In this document: positions 1 to 10,469 of the stretch, in pieces
Layout: each line of letters opens with the position of its first letter
How positions within the stretch are numbered: the stretch's first letter is position 1
Source: Rickettsiales bacterium
GTDB taxonomy: Bacteria > Pseudomonadota > Alphaproteobacteria > Rickettsiales > JABIRX01
Direction: 5' to 3'
Length of the DNA: 64,000 nt
NCBI GenBank assembly: GCA_034111325.1
Contig: JAWUXM010000013.1
Coordinates: 1,687-65,686, forward strand
Made by a program: the position numbers and the translations under genes
The notes under the pieces: generated by a model
Told to the model about the DNA's origin: nothing
Seen by the model: only the letters and a program-made list of their open reading frames with translations
Databases searched by the model: none

Positions 1-32
1 ATTCGTCAAAAAGAATGCAAAAGAATTAGATT

Positions 33-2888
33 TTAGAGGTATTTTTTGAGATACTGTCCCGTAATACTATCCTTGCAATTCACCACCTCTTCTGGCGAAC
101 CAAACGCAACAATCTTGCCGCCTTTATCACCACCTTTTGGCCCGACGTCAATTACCCAATCTGCTGTTTTGATAACATCCATATTATGTTCAATCACAAG
201 AATAGTATTGCCTGAATCGACCAAACGATGAAGAACTTTGAGTAGTTTTTTGATGTCGTCCGAATGCAGACCAGTTGTAGGCTCATCTAATATATAAAGC
301 GTTCTACCAGTTGCTCTTTTACATAGCTCCTTGGCAAGTTTTATTCTTTGCGCTTCACCACCAGAAAGAGTTGTAGCAGACTGACCAATTTTGATGTAAC
401 CAAGACCAACTTCATATAATGCTTCAAACTTATCACGAATAATTGGCATACGAACGAAGAAATGCATAGCTTCTTCAACTGTCATATTTAGCACGTCAGA
501 AATTGACTTGCCTTTATAGACGACTTCCAAAGTTTCCTTATTATAACGAGCGCCTTTACAAGCGTCACAAAGTACATAAACATCAGGTAAGAAATGCATT
601 TCGATTTTGATTAGTCCATCACCCTGACAATTTTCACAACGTCCGCCTTTTACGTTAAAGGAGAAGCGTCCTGCTTTGTAACCACGGGCTTTTGCCGCTG
701 GTAAATTTACATACCAATCACGAATGCCAGAGAATGCTGCTGTGTAAGTTGCAGGGTTAGAACGTGGCGTTCTACCAATTGGTGATTGATCAATTTTGAT
801 GATTTTGTCGATATATTGCAAACCACGAATTTCATCATGCAACCCTGCTTGCGCCTTTGCACCATTGAGCTTTTTGGCTAATGCTTTATAAAGTGTTTGG
901 ATAATTAATGTGGATTTCCCACCACCAGAAACCCCAGTTACACAAGTAAATACTCCGATAGGAATCGAGCAATCAATATTTTGAAGGTTGTGACTACGCG
1001 CATTTATAACTGTAATTGAACGATTTTCACCTTTTGGCTTTCTACGTGCTTTAGGAACTTTGATTGAATCAATACCTTTTAGGTAACGCCCAGTGATTGA
1101 TTTGGGATTATTAATTACTTCATCAGGTAAACCTTCTGCAACAATCTCTCCTCCATACTCTCCAGCGCCAGGCCCAACATCGATAAGATAATCCGCAGCT
1201 AGCATTGTTTCTTCATCATGCTCTACAACAATCACCGTATTACCAATATCACGCAGATGTTTCAGCGTCGCAATTAAGCGAACATTGTCTGATTGATGCA
1301 GGCCAATAGACGGCTCGTCTAAAATATACATCACACCACTTAGTCCAGAACCAATTTGTGACGCTAAGCGAATCCTTTGGCTTTCACCACCAGATAATGT
1401 GCCAGATTCACGATCAAGCGTTAGATAATCCAACCCGACATCGTGTAAAAAACCTAAACGCTTGATGATTTCTTTAAAAATCCTATCACCAATTTGCTGT
1501 TCTGTATCAGTCAGTTTTGCAGGGAGTGTTTCAAACCACTCAATAGATTGCTCAATAGTTAAAGCACTAATTTCACCAATATGTTTACCAGCTATTTTGA
1601 TGCATAATGTTTCAGGTTTGAGGCGATAACCTTTACAAGCACGACATTTTGTAAGATTCTGATATTTCTCACATTCCTCTAAAATCCAGTCAGAATCCAA
1701 CTCATTTAATTTTCTTTCCAAGAAAGGAATTACTCCTTCAAAAGTCTTTTTGGTTGAGGTGTCTTTATTACCATCGTGATAACGGAAAATGATTTCTTCA
1801 TCCCCCGAGCCCTGCAATAAAACTTCCTGCACTTTTTTAGATAATTTTTTAAAAGGCGCATCTAACTCAAAATTATAATGCTCTGCTAGCGATATCAAAG
1901 CTTGGTCATAGAATTTTTTTGGCAAATTTGCCCAAGGGCCAATCGCCCCTTCACTAATTGAAGCATCTTCATCAGTAACAATCATTTCTGGGTCAAAATA
2001 ATATTCAGTTCCCAAACCTCCACAAGACGTACAAGCACCATGTGGACTATTAAAAGAGAATAGTTTTGGCTCAATTTCATCAATTGCAAAGCCCGACTCT
2101 GGACAAGAAAATTTCTCCGAGAAAATAATAATCTGTGCTTTTTTGTGTTTATCATCACCTTCTGCTGGCTCGATGATTTCTATATGAAGCATACCATCGG
2201 AAAGCTTAAGCGCTGTTTCGATCGAATCCGCTAAGCGATTACCTAACTCATCATTAATAACCAGACGATCAACCACAACTTCTATATAGTGGCGTTTATT
2301 TTTATCTAACTCTGGCAGCTCATCAAATGTGTAAATTTCACCGTCAATTTTTATACGTTGAAAACCTTGTTTTTTAACCATGCCAAGCTCTTTACGATGT
2401 TCTCCGCGGCGGTCTTTGACGATTGGTGCTAATACGTGAATTTTGGTTTGGTCAGGTAATTTGCGTACTCGCGCAATCATTTCTGATGCACTTTGGCTTT
2501 GAATTGGCTTACCAGTAGCTGGCGAATATGGAACGCCTATTCTAGCATATAACAGCCTGAGATAATCGTAAATCTCCGTAGCTGTACTCACTGTTGAGCG
2601 TGGGTTTTTAGAAGTAGTTTTTTGATCAATCGCAATAGCTGGTGAAAGACCTTCGATAGATTCAACATCTGGCTTGCCGTGTAAATGTAAGAATTGACGT
2701 GCATAGGCAGAAAGGCTTTCAACATAGCGCCTTTGTCCTTCAGCGTAAATTGTATCAAAAGCAAGAGAAGACTTACCTGAACCTGATGGCCCTGTTACAA
2801 CAACCAATTGATTTTTAGGGATAGAAATATTAACGTTTTTCAAGTTATGTTCTTTGGCTCCGATAATTTTGATGTATTTTGTATCCAT
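33..2888 (-). CDS. uvrA: Excinuclease ABC subunit A (UvrA)
   Basis: 951-aa ORF with two ABC ATPase Walker A sites ([16 protein letters not shown]), LSGGE signature motifs and Cys clusters for zinc modules. UvrA-like along its full length. Confidence 0.97.
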   Translation of the reverse strand: MDTKYIKIIGAKEHNLKNVNISIPKNQLVVVTGPSGSGKSSLAFDTIYAEGQRRYVESLSAYARQFLHLHGKPDVESIEGLSPAIAIDQKTTSKNPRSTVSTATEIYDYLRLLYARIGVPYSPATGKPIQSQSASEMIARVRKLPDQTKIHVLAPIVKDRRGEHRKELGMVKKQGFQRIKIDGEIYTFDELPELDKNKRHYIEVVVDRLVINDELGNRLADSIETALKLSDGMLHIEIIEPAEGDDKHKKAQIIIFSEKFSCPESGFAIDEIEPKLFSFNSPHGACTSCGGLGTEYYFDPEMIVTDEDASISEGAIGPWANLPKKFYDQALISLAEHYNFELDAPFKKLSKKVQEVLLQGSGDEEIIFRYHDGNKDTSTKKTFEGVIPFLERKLNELDSDWILEECEKYQNLTKCRACKGYRLKPETLCIKIAGKHIGEISALTIEQSIEWFETLPAKLTDTEQQIGDRIFKEIIKRLGFLHDVGLDYLTLDRESGTLSGGESQRIRLASQIGSGLSGVMYILDEPSIGLHQSDNVRLIATLKHLRDIGNTVIVVEHDEETMLAADYLIDVGPGAGEYGGEIVAEGLPDEVINNPKSITGRYLKGIDSIKVPKARRKPKGENRSITVINARSHNLQNIDCSIPIGVFTCVTGVSGGGKSTLIIQTLYKALAKKLNGAKAQAGLHDEIRGLQYIDKIIKIDQSPIGRTPRSNPATYTAAFSGIRDWYVNLPAAKARGYKAGRFSFNVKGGRCENCQGDGLIKIEMHFLPDVYVLCDACKGARYNKETLEVVYKGKSISDVLNMTVEEAMHFFVRMPIIRDKFEALYEVGLGYIKIGQSATTLSGGEAQRIKLAKELCKRATGRTLYILDEPTTGLHSDDIKKLLKVLHRLVDSGNTILVIEHNMDVIKTADWVIDVGPKGGDKGGKIVAFGSPEEVVNCKDSITGQYLKKYL

Positions 2889-2966
2889 TATTATTGATGT
2901 GCTTGCATTTATGAAAATTATATTTAGGCTGCCACCCTAACATCAATCATCGTATATATCAACCAC

Positions 2967-2983
2967 AAGCTTAGTCTAAGCTT
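2967..2983. promoter_or_regulatory. Perfect 17-bp palindrome AAGCTTAG-T-CTAAGCTT in the uvrA/ssb divergent promoter region (candidate operator)
   Basis: Read directly from the sequence. It lies about 19-35 bp upstream of the ssb ATG (3002). Function is unknown. Confidence 0.3.
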
Positions 2984-3001
2984 AATTTTAAGAGGTCACT
3001 C

Positions 3002-3493
3002 ATGGCAAGTTCAGTTAATAAAGTTATTTTAATCGGCAATTTGGGAAATGACCCTGAAATCCGCAGTACACAAGACGGCAGAGAAATCGCTACATTTTCC
3101 ATAGCTACCTCTGAGGATTGGAAAGATAAAAGCACAGGTGAACGCAAAAGCAAAACTGAATGGCATAGAGTTGTAATTTTTAGCCAAGGGCTTGTTCAAA
3201 TCGTCAAGCAATATGTCAAAAAAGGCTCTAAAGTCTATGTAGAAGGTGCGTTACAAACTCGCAAATGGACAGATAATAGCGGAGTAGAGAAATATACAAC
3301 CGAAATCGTTATTCAGAATTTTGGAGGTAGTCTCACCATGTTAGATTCTGCAAATTCTGGTGGTGGCGGGTCAGGTGAATATGCGCCTGCTAATAATTCA
3401 GCTTCCTCTAGCAACCCTTCTCCTGCAGCAGCAAGTGGTGCGGCAGCGGCTCCTAGTTTTGAGGATGACCTGGACGACGAAATCCCCTTCTAA
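3002..3493 (+). CDS. ssb: Single-stranded DNA-binding protein
   Basis: N-terminal OB fold (NKVILIGNLGNDPE..., TEWHRVV), a Gly/Ser/Ala-rich linker and the acidic tail DDLDDEIPF typical of bacterial SSB. Confidence 0.95.
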   Translation: MASSVNKVILIGNLGNDPEIRSTQDGREIATFSIATSEDWKDKSTGERKSKTEWHRVVIFSQGLVQIVKQYVKKGSKVYVEGALQTRKWTDNSGVEKYTTEIVIQNFGGSLTMLDSANSGGGGSGEYAPANNSASSSNPSPAAASGAAAAPSFEDDLDDEIPF

Positions 3494-3619
3494 AATCTAA
3501 TTCTTTTGCATTCTTTTTTACACATAACCTAAACTCGTTTCGACTCGTGCACCCAAATGTACACGTCGCTCATTCGTTCAGGGCATGTGTAAAAAATAAA
3601 AGCAAAATCTCTTAGATTT
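3494..3619 (+). repeat. PE-1 palindromic element (~125 bp), full copy, starting right after the ssb stop codon
   Basis: Starts AATCTAATTCTTTTGC and ends AAAATCTCTTAGATTT. The two halves are imperfect reverse complements. Alignable by eye to copies at 27304, 27478, 30721, 36257, 40458 and 43724. Confidence 0.8.
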
Positions 3620-3633
3620 CCACTCGATGGGTT

Positions 3634-3759
3634 AAAATCCCCAGATTCTAAGATCCATTGCTGTTCCTCCAAAAATACTCGGAAACTGAATGTGCACGTC
3701 GCTCATTCGCTCAGGACATGTATAAAAAATCATCACAAAAATCCCCAGATTCTGAATCT
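3634..3759 (+). repeat. PE-1 partial or degenerate second copy
   Basis: The right half (GTGCACGTCGCTCATTCGCTCAGGACATGTATAAAAAATCATCACAAAAATCCCCAGATTCT) matches PE-1. The left half is degenerate. AAAATCCCCAGATTCT occurs at both ends. Confidence 0.55.
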
Positions 3760-3860
3760 CATACCTCTTTTTGTCAGGTAATGACACAGAGAAAAGGATA
3801 AAACTTTTCATTTTTAAAAATTCCTGTTAATAATCACTTCCTAATTTTTAATTTAACAAA

Positions 3861-5030
3861 ATGATTGATTCTGTATTACCAGTATATAGCAGAGCTAAGT
3901 TAGAATTTATTAAAGGCAAAGGCGCCTATTTGTTCGACAAGGGCGGCAAAAAATATCTTGATTTTGCTGGTGGGATAGCTGTGAATTCTTTAGGCTACAG
4001 TCACCCCATCCTTACTAAAGCTCTGATTAAAGCTGCAAAAAAGCCATGGCATGTTTCCAACCTGTACCAAATCTCGGGGCAAACACAATTAGCTGATAAA
4101 TTAGTCGCCAACAGCTTTGCAGACTCTGTGTTCTTCTGTAATTCGGGTACTGAAGCTATTGAAGCAGGGATCAAATTTATTAGAAAATATTTTACCCAAA
4201 TCGGCAAACCAAATAAGAAAAATATAATTACTTTTGCAGGAGCTTTTCATGGCAGAACAATTGCTGCAATTTCTGCATCTGGTAATAAAAAATATCAAGA
4301 AGGCTTTGAGCCTTTATTGGAAGGCTTTATCAATATTGACGTACATGATTTTGACATTAGCAAGGTTAGAAAAGCGATAAATAAAGATACAGCAGCAATT
4401 TTAATTGAACCAATTCAGGGCGAAGGGGGAATTATTGCTTTTCCTGGCAAATTCTTAAAAGAATTAAGGAAGTTAGCTACTGAGAAAAAAATATTATTAT
4501 TTTTGGATGAAGTGCAATGCGGAATTGGCAGGACAGGTAAATTATTTTACCATCAATGGTTTGGCATAAAGCCAGATATTCTTGCTTCGGCAAAGGGCAT
4601 TGGCGGCGGGTTTCCTCTTGCTGCTTGTCTCATTAGTGAGGAGATTGGACAAACTATTAGTAAAGGCTCTCACGGTGGAACATATGGTGGAAATCCATTA
4701 GCTATGCAAGTTGGTAACGCTGTAATTGACACAGTGTTAAAAAAAGGTTTCTTGGAAAATGTCATTGTAACCAGCAAGTTCTTTAAGGAAGAGCTGCTTG
4801 CGCTACAAAAATCTCACCCAAAAATTATCGAAGAAGTTAGAGGAGAGGGCTTAATGTTGGGACTCAAACTTTCAATTGATTGCAGCATTCTTGCTGATAA
4901 ATTGAGAGTACAAGGTTTGTTGACTGTGCCTGCCGCTGGAAACGTAATTCGGTTCTTACCACCTTTGATCATCAAAGAAAAACAAGCCAAAGAAGCTATA
5001 AAAATTATTAAAAACACTCTCCATGGTTAA
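3861..5030 (+). CDS. argD: Acetylornithine aminotransferase (class III PLP aminotransferase)
   Basis: 389 aa with motifs FFCNSGTEA, DEVQCGIGRTG and SAKGIGGG (PLP lysine). Overlaps argF by 8 nt, so operon context supports the call. Confidence 0.88.
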   Translation: MIDSVLPVYSRAKLEFIKGKGAYLFDKGGKKYLDFAGGIAVNSLGYSHPILTKALIKAAKKPWHVSNLYQISGQTQLADKLVANSFADSVFFCNSGTEAIEAGIKFIRKYFTQIGKPNKKNIITFAGAFHGRTIAAISASGNKKYQEGFEPLLEGFINIDVHDFDISKVRKAINKDTAAILIEPIQGEGGIIAFPGKFLKELRKLATEKKILLFLDEVQCGIGRTGKLFYHQWFGIKPDILASAKGIGGGFPLAACLISEEIGQTISKGSHGGTYGGNPLAMQVGNAVIDTVLKKGFLENVIVTSKFFKEELLALQKSHPKIIEEVRGEGLMLGLKLSIDCSILADKLRVQGLLTVPAAGNVIRFLPPLIIKEKQAKEAIKIIKNTLHG

Positions 5031-5919
5031 GCATTTTATCGATATCAAGAGCCACTCCAAAAAAGATTTACAAACAATTTTGGATTTAGCCTTAAAGCTA
5101 AAAAAATCAGGCAAGCCAAGCAAGCAATTCTCTGGCAAAGAATTGGCGATGATTTTTCAGAAGAACTCAACACGAACCAGAGTTTCATTTGAAGTTGGTG
5201 CGAGGCAATTAGGCGGCAACGCAGTTGTGCTAAGCGGCGATGATATGCAGCTTGGCAGGGGCGAATCAATTGAACATACCGCAAAAATTCTCTCCCGCTA
5301 TGTTGATATGATTATGCTGCGGACGCATGATCATGAAGATATTTTAGCATTTGCTAAAAACTCAACAGTGCCAATTATTAACGGTTTAACTGTCTTTAAC
5401 CACCCTTGCCAAATTATGGCGGACATCATGACTTTCATGGAGCATAGAGGTTCTATTGCCGGTAAAAAAGTTGCATGGATTGGTGATGGCAATAATGTAT
5501 GTCATTCATGGATTGCTGCGGCAACGAAGCTTGGCTTTAGCCTAGATATTGCTACACCTAAAGATTACACACCAGATGCTGATCTGTTAAAATGGGCGCA
5601 GGATAATAAAGCAAAAATCACTTTAAGTCACGACGCAAACATCGCATCTGAAGGCGCTGATTTAGTTACTACAGATAGCTGGGCTTCTATGGGCGATAAA
5701 GACATTAAGAAGAGACTCAAAGCTTTTAAGAATTTCCAAGTTAATGATGAAGTAATGAGTAAGGCAAAAAAGAACGCATTATTCATGCATTGTTTGCCAG
5801 CGCATATTGGCGAAGAAGTTACGCAATCCGTGATTGATAGTAAACAATCGGTGATTTTTGATGAAGCGGAGAATCGCCTACATGCACAAAAAGCCATCAT
5901 GTGTTTTTTGGTGGGATAA
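5023..5919 (+). CDS. argF: Ornithine carbamoyltransferase
   Basis: Motifs STRTR, HPCQ, SMG (DSWASMG) and HCLPAH, with OTCase-like length (298 aa). Confidence 0.9.
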   Translation: MVKHFIDIKSHSKKDLQTILDLALKLKKSGKPSKQFSGKELAMIFQKNSTRTRVSFEVGARQLGGNAVVLSGDDMQLGRGESIEHTAKILSRYVDMIMLRTHDHEDILAFAKNSTVPIINGLTVFNHPCQIMADIMTFMEHRGSIAGKKVAWIGDGNNVCHSWIAAATKLGFSLDIATPKDYTPDADLLKWAQDNKAKITLSHDANIASEGADLVTTDSWASMGDKDIKKRLKAFKNFQVNDEVMSKAKKNALFMHCLPAHIGEEVTQSVIDSKQSVIFDEAENRLHAQKAIMCFLVG

Positions 5920-5937
5920 CTAAAATGCTTAAAAAAT

Positions 5938-6086
5938 GGTCATCCTGAATTTATTTCAGGATCTGCCTAGTTAGCAAATAATGTAGTAGTTTTGTTTTGA
6001 TAATAAGGGCGTGGTGTTATTATCAATTGTTATCTTCTACTTTCGTGGCTAAATTACGCAGATCCTGAAATAAATTCAGGATGACC
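5938..6086. repeat. 149-bp unit bounded by perfect 29-bp inverted repeats (PE-3 hairpin family), MITE-like
   Basis: Left arm 5938-5966 (GGTCATCCTGAATTTATTTCAGGATCTGC) is the exact reverse complement of 6058-6086. Each arm contains the CCTGAA-N5-TTCAGG hairpin. Related copies lie at 18810 and 31181. Confidence 0.85.
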
Positions 6087-6152
6087 TCTTTTGCGGTGCA
6101 GAACCTTGCTTTAATATAAAATTAACCCACCGTCACAAATAAAATAAAAACT

Positions 6153-6947
6153 ATGAGACGTAAAACTATAATCGACATTGCCAATCTAAAAAAAGCTAAA
6201 ACTAAGATTGTTTGCTTAACTTCCTACACTGCGGAGATTACCAGAATTGCAGATCAACATGTTGATTTATTACTAGTTGGCGATTCACTCGGCATGGTAA
6301 TTTACGGAATGGATTCCACTTTGGGAGTTACTGTGCAGATGATGATTAATCATGCAAAAGCAGTGGTTAAATCATCCCAAAATGCTCTGGTAGTAGTTGA
6401 TATGCCTTTTGCATCTTACCAAAAAAAACCATCGCAAGCATTTGTAAATGCTGCCAAGATCTTGACAAAAAGCGGAGCTGGCGCAGTAAAACTCGAAGGT
6501 GGTGCCTATATGGCGGAGACGATCAAATTTCTAACCGAGCGCGGCGTACCAGTTATGGCGCATGTTGGACTTACTCCACAATCAGTAAATCAATTTGGTG
6601 GTTATAAACATCGAGGGCAGGATTCTGCAAGTCGTAAAAAAATTATTGCTGATGCAGTTGCAGTTGAGAAAGCTGGAGCATTTGCTGTGGTGGTTGAAGG
6701 CGTAAAAGAAGAGTTAGCTGCTGCCATTACAAAAAAACTTAAAATTCCTGTAATTGGAATCGGCGCATCAGTCAAATGTGACGGTCAAGTTTTAGTCACA
6801 GAGGATATGTTGGGATTGACTAGCTCTAGAGCTAAATTCGTTAAGCAATATACGAATCTCCGAGAAGATATTGATAGCGCAATAGGAAATTACAGCAAAG
6901 AAGTTCGCAACGGGGACTTTCCTACTGATAAGTATTTATATTCTTAG
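6153..6947 (+). CDS. panB: 3-methyl-2-oxobutanoate hydroxymethyltransferase
   Basis: 264 aa with LLVGDSLGMV, VVVDMPF and the KLEGG motif typical of PanB. Confidence 0.92.
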   Translation: MRRKTIIDIANLKKAKTKIVCLTSYTAEITRIADQHVDLLLVGDSLGMVIYGMDSTLGVTVQMMINHAKAVVKSSQNALVVVDMPFASYQKKPSQAFVNAAKILTKSGAGAVKLEGGAYMAETIKFLTERGVPVMAHVGLTPQSVNQFGGYKHRGQDSASRKKIIADAVAVEKAGAFAVVVEGVKEELAAAITKKLKIPVIGIGASVKCDGQVLVTEDMLGLTSSRAKFVKQYTNLREDIDSAIGNYSKEVRNGDFPTDKYLYS

Positions 6948-7381
6948 ATTTTAGCTAAGCATTCGATAGCTAGTTTATAACCATCAGCGCCCTTTCCACA
7001 AATTATCTCTCTAGCAACTTCGGATATATAAGATTTATGGCGGTAGGGTTCACGTTTTTTAATATCACTTAAATGCACCTCAATGATCGGAATTGAGAGC
7101 ATCCGTAGAGCGTCTAATATGGCAATTGAAGTGTGGGTATAAGCGGCAGCGTTGATGATTATACCTTGATATAATTTTTCCCTAGGCTGTGCCTTTTGAA
7201 TCCATTCAACAATTTGACCTTCATAATTGCTTTGCTTGAATTCAATTTTAAGATTGTGTTCTTTAGCAGTATTAGCACAAAGTTTTTTTATATCTGCCAA
7301 ACTAGTATTGCCATAAATATCAGACTCTCTCTTCCCCAACATGTTGAGGTTAGGACCGTTAATTATTAGTATTTTTGACAT
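6944..7381 (-). CDS. aroQ: Type II 3-dehydroquinate dehydratase
   Basis: 145 aa. The N-terminus ILIINGPNLNMLGKRE and the segments INAAAYTHTSIA and EVHLS are diagnostic. Confidence 0.93.
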   Translation of the reverse strand: MSKILIINGPNLNMLGKRESDIYGNTSLADIKKLCANTAKEHNLKIEFKQSNYEGQIVEWIQKAQPREKLYQGIIINAAAYTHTSIAILDALRMLSIPIIEVHLSDIKKREPYRHKSYISEVAREIICGKGADGYKLAIECLAKI

Positions 7382-8129
7382 GGTGATAATAAATTAAACT
7401 CAAAGGAATAGACAAAATATAAAGCACTCCCATAAAAGGCAGAACAATCCACGGTTCTATAATTAAGCCAATAATAAACAGGGCAATGACTACCAAAATT
7501 GGGTATGCAAATTCATGACGGATTTTGATATTTTTTGCTGAGAAGGTTGGAATCCTACTGGCCATTAAAATAGCAATAGTTGTTAAATAAAGACCTAGAT
7601 AGAATGGATGTTCACGGAAAAAATCCACCTCATATTGAAACACCAACATAATTGGTATTAATGTAAGGCCAGCACCTGCAGGAGCGGGAATACCAAAGAA
7701 AAGATTATCTGTTAGAGCTTTGTTTGGATTATCATTCACTGAGGTAATTGCGCCAAATCTTGCTAAACGAATCGCACAGCAAATTACATATAATAAGCAA
7801 ATCGCCCAACCAAGACCCTTAACAGGGATAGCATGCAACGACCATAAATATGCTATTAAAGCAGGAGCAAGACCAAAATTGACAAAGTCTGCTAAGGAAT
7901 CGAGCTCTGCACCAAATTTACTGCTCGCATTGAGCATCCGTGCTAAACGACCATCCATCCCGTCAATAAAGGCAGAAATCACTAATAAGGAAACTGCTAT
8001 TTCCCATTTGCTACTGAGAGCATAGCGAATTGAAGTAACGCCGAAACAAAGACCAACAATGGTTACGACATTAGGAAAGAGACTGCTTAAAGGAAACTTT
8101 TGATCCTTAGGAATCGCCTGCTTTTTCAT
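7359..8129 (-). CDS. pssA: CDP-diacylglycerol--serine O-phosphatidyltransferase
   Basis: Polytopic membrane protein with the CDP-alcohol phosphatidyltransferase motif DGMDGRLAR...G..LDSLAD. ATGA overlap with psd. Confidence 0.9.
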   Translation of the reverse strand: MKKQAIPKDQKFPLSSLFPNVVTIVGLCFGVTSIRYALSSKWEIAVSLLVISAFIDGMDGRLARMLNASSKFGAELDSLADFVNFGLAPALIAYLWSLHAIPVKGLGWAICLLYVICCAIRLARFGAITSVNDNPNKALTDNLFFGIPAPAGAGLTLIPIMLVFQYEVDFFREHPFYLGLYLTTIAILMASRIPTFSAKNIKIRHEFAYPILVVIALFIIGLIIEPWIVLPFMGVLYILSIPLSLIYYHHVKNTNN

Positions 8130-8899
8130 TTTTTAGTCACTTTTGTAGTTTTTTTGGCAGGAGCTTTTTTATCAACTGCAGGCTTCTTAGTTACTACTTT
8201 TTTAGCAACTGTTTTTGGAGTACTAGCACTAGCGATAGATTTACCATCTAGAATAGCTAATACTGTCTCACCACCAAGAGCAGTTTGACCTTCTAAAACA
8301 TTAATCTTAGCAGATTTTGGCAGGTAAATATCAGCCCTAGAGCCAAAACGTATAAGACCAAACCTTGCGCCAGATATTACATTTTGATCCGCCTCGAGAT
8401 CGCAAACAATCCGCTTAGCTATCAAGCCTGCAATCTGCACAAAAACTACTTTTGTACCGTTTTTAGTTTTTACTACACAAGATTGGCGTTCATTTTCTTC
8501 GCTTGCTTTATCATTCGCAGCATTAAGAAATTTACCGTGACGATAATGTAGGGCTGTAATTTTTCCACTGGCTGGAACACGATTTATATGCACGTTAAAA
8601 ATATTGAGGAAGATGCTGATTCTTCTCATTGGGGCATTACCGAGCTCTAATTCTTCTGGCGGGAGAGCATCTTCAATCTTTTGGATGTAACCATCCGCAG
8701 GGCTGATAATTAAATTGTCACCTTGCGGTGTGACGCGATCAGGATCGCGGAAAAAATAAACAATCCATAATGTAACGATTGCACCAATCCAACCAACCGT
8801 CGGGACAGCTGAACCAACTAGGATTGAAAAAGCAGCACCGATAACTATGAATATATAGCCTTCGCGGTGAATAGGGCAGAAAAAGTTTTTAAGAGACAT
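8126..8899 (-). CDS. psd: Phosphatidylserine decarboxylase proenzyme, with a Lys-rich C-terminal tail
   Basis: Alpha-type Psd with an N-terminal TM segment and the FGSR self-cleavage region. Translationally coupled to pssA. The last ~35 aa are K/A/T/V-rich. Confidence 0.9.
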   Translation of the reverse strand: MSLKNFFCPIHREGYIFIVIGAAFSILVGSAVPTVGWIGAIVTLWIVYFFRDPDRVTPQGDNLIISPADGYIQKIEDALPPEELELGNAPMRRISIFLNIFNVHINRVPASGKITALHYRHGKFLNAANDKASEENERQSCVVKTKNGTKVVFVQIAGLIAKRIVCDLEADQNVISGARFGLIRFGSRADIYLPKSAKINVLEGQTALGGETVLAILDGKSIASASTPKTVAKKVVTKKPAVDKKAPAKKTTKVTKK

Positions 8900-9011
8900 T
8901 ATGATAATTCATTTGAAATTTGCTAGCAGTACCGTATCAATATCCCTAAATCTATTTACTTTTTTATAAAAAGTAAAGTAAATATCCCTTCGCAATTTAA
9001 AGTAAAAACTA

Positions 9012-10469
9012 ATGTCAGGTACAGTAAAAATCGTTGTCGCTTTCGGAGATGGAATCGGCCCAGAAATAATGAATGCAACATTAAAAATCATAAAGGAAGC
9101 TAAGGTTAAAATTGAAATCGATACAATCGAAATTGGTGAAAAACAATATAAGCGCGACATTGCAACGGGAATCCCACCTAGCGCTTGGGAGACAATCAAA
9201 AACAATAAAGTTCTTTTAAAAGCTCCTATTACCACACCACAAGGCCAAGGCTACAAAAGCCTGAATGTTACTTTACGTAAAACTCTCGGCCTCTACGCAA
9301 ATGTTCGCCCATGTAAATCATATCATCCATTTGTACAAACTAACTTTCCAAATCTGGATTTAGTAATCATTCGTGAAAATGAGGAGGATTTATACACTGG
9401 CGTTGAATATCGCAATACACGAGAAAGCTTTCAATCACTTAAAACCATTACCTATGGCGGTTCATTCCGCATCGCCAAATTTGCTTTTGATTATGCCTTA
9501 AAAAACAATCGTCAAAACATCACCTGCATGATGAAAGACAACATCATGAAAATGACTGATGGTTTGTTTCATAGAGTGTTTGACGAAGTTGCGACTTCAT
9601 ACAAGGAAATTAAAACTGATCAAATGATTGTTGATATTGGCACAGCAAAAGTTGCGGCTGATCCTGAAAGGTTTGACATGATACTTACCGAAAATCTCTA
9701 TGGCGATATCATATCAGATGTTGCAGCTGAAGTTTCAGGCTCTGTTGGTTTAGGTGGCTCCGCAAATATAGGTAATGAATATGCAATGTTTGAAGCTATT
9801 CACGGCTCAGCGCCAGATATTGCTGATCAAGATATTGCCAATCCTTCTGGCTTAATTAATGCTGCCGTGATGATGTTGAATCATTTATGCATGCAGGATA
9901 AAGCAGAGTTAATTCAAAACGCTCTACTCAAAACCCTAGAAGATGGGATCCATACAGCAGATTTATATAATGCCAGCACTAGCAAGAAAAAAGTTGGTAC
10001 GCAGGCTTTTGCCGACGCAGTAATTGCTAATCTTGGACAAAAACCAAAGCAATTAAAAGAAGCTAACTATGTAAATGATGGTGAAGGTAATCACTGTGAA
10101 GATCGTGAAGTTCCCTACAATCCACCCTCTGAAAAAAACAAAGCGTTAGTCGGAGTTGATGTATTTATTGATAATGGCACAGAAATAGTTGCTAACCTAG
10201 CAGAACAAATTGCAAAATTTGATATCGAACTCAAATTAGACTTACAAAAAATCTCCTGCAAAGGGCTGAAAATTTGGCCAGAAGACGGCTTTTTTGAAAG
10301 CAATTTATCTGATTGTTTAGTGTGTCGCTTTGTCTCCAAAGAAGAAGATAAAATCATTATACATAATGATATAATAAAATTATTAGCAGAGTTTAGCTCC
10401 TGTGATATGGATTTTGTTAAAAGTGAGAATCTTTACCTTTATGATAACACGCTCGGCTTCTCACTTTAA
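9012..10469 (+). CDS. icd: Isocitrate dehydrogenase (long, Rickettsia-like form)
   Basis: N-terminal ~340 aa carry the isocitrate/isopropylmalate dehydrogenase fold (GDGIGPEI, NLYGDIISD, GSAPDI). A ~140-aa C-terminal extension follows, as in the ~483-aa rickettsial Icd. Confidence 0.88.
   Translation: MSGTVKIVVAFGDGIGPEIMNATLKIIKEAKVKIEIDTIEIGEKQYKRDIATGIPPSAWETIKNNKVLLKAPITTPQGQGYKSLNVTLRKTLGLYANVRPCKSYHPFVQTNFPNLDLVIIRENEEDLYTGVEYRNTRESFQSLKTITYGGSFRIAKFAFDYALKNNRQNITCMMKDNIMKMTDGLFHRVFDEVATSYKEIKTDQMIVDIGTAKVAADPERFDMILTENLYGDIISDVAAEVSGSVGLGGSANIGNEYAMFEAIHGSAPDIADQDIANPSGLINAAVMMLNHLCMQDKAELIQNALLKTLEDGIHTADLYNASTSKKKVGTQAFADAVIANLGQKPKQLKEANYVNDGEGNHCEDREVPYNPPSEKNKALVGVDVFIDNGTEIVANLAEQIAKFDIELKLDLQKISCKGLKIWPEDGFFESNLSDCLVCRFVSKEEDKIIIHNDIIKLLAEFSSCDMDFVKSENLYLYDNTLGFSL

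Noticed and set aside
3494-3759. Possibility that the recurring ~125-bp repeats (PE-1) form a CRISPR array.
   Set aside because: Copies are kilobases apart, occur in both orientations, are long imperfect palindromes rather than 25-40-bp direct repeats with unique spacers, and no cas genes are present.
8909-9235. 108-aa minus-strand ORF spanning the psd/icd intergenic region and the icd 5' end.
   Set aside because: It overlaps the well-supported icd start, has no motif content, and its hydrophobic, low-complexity sequence is consistent with chance.
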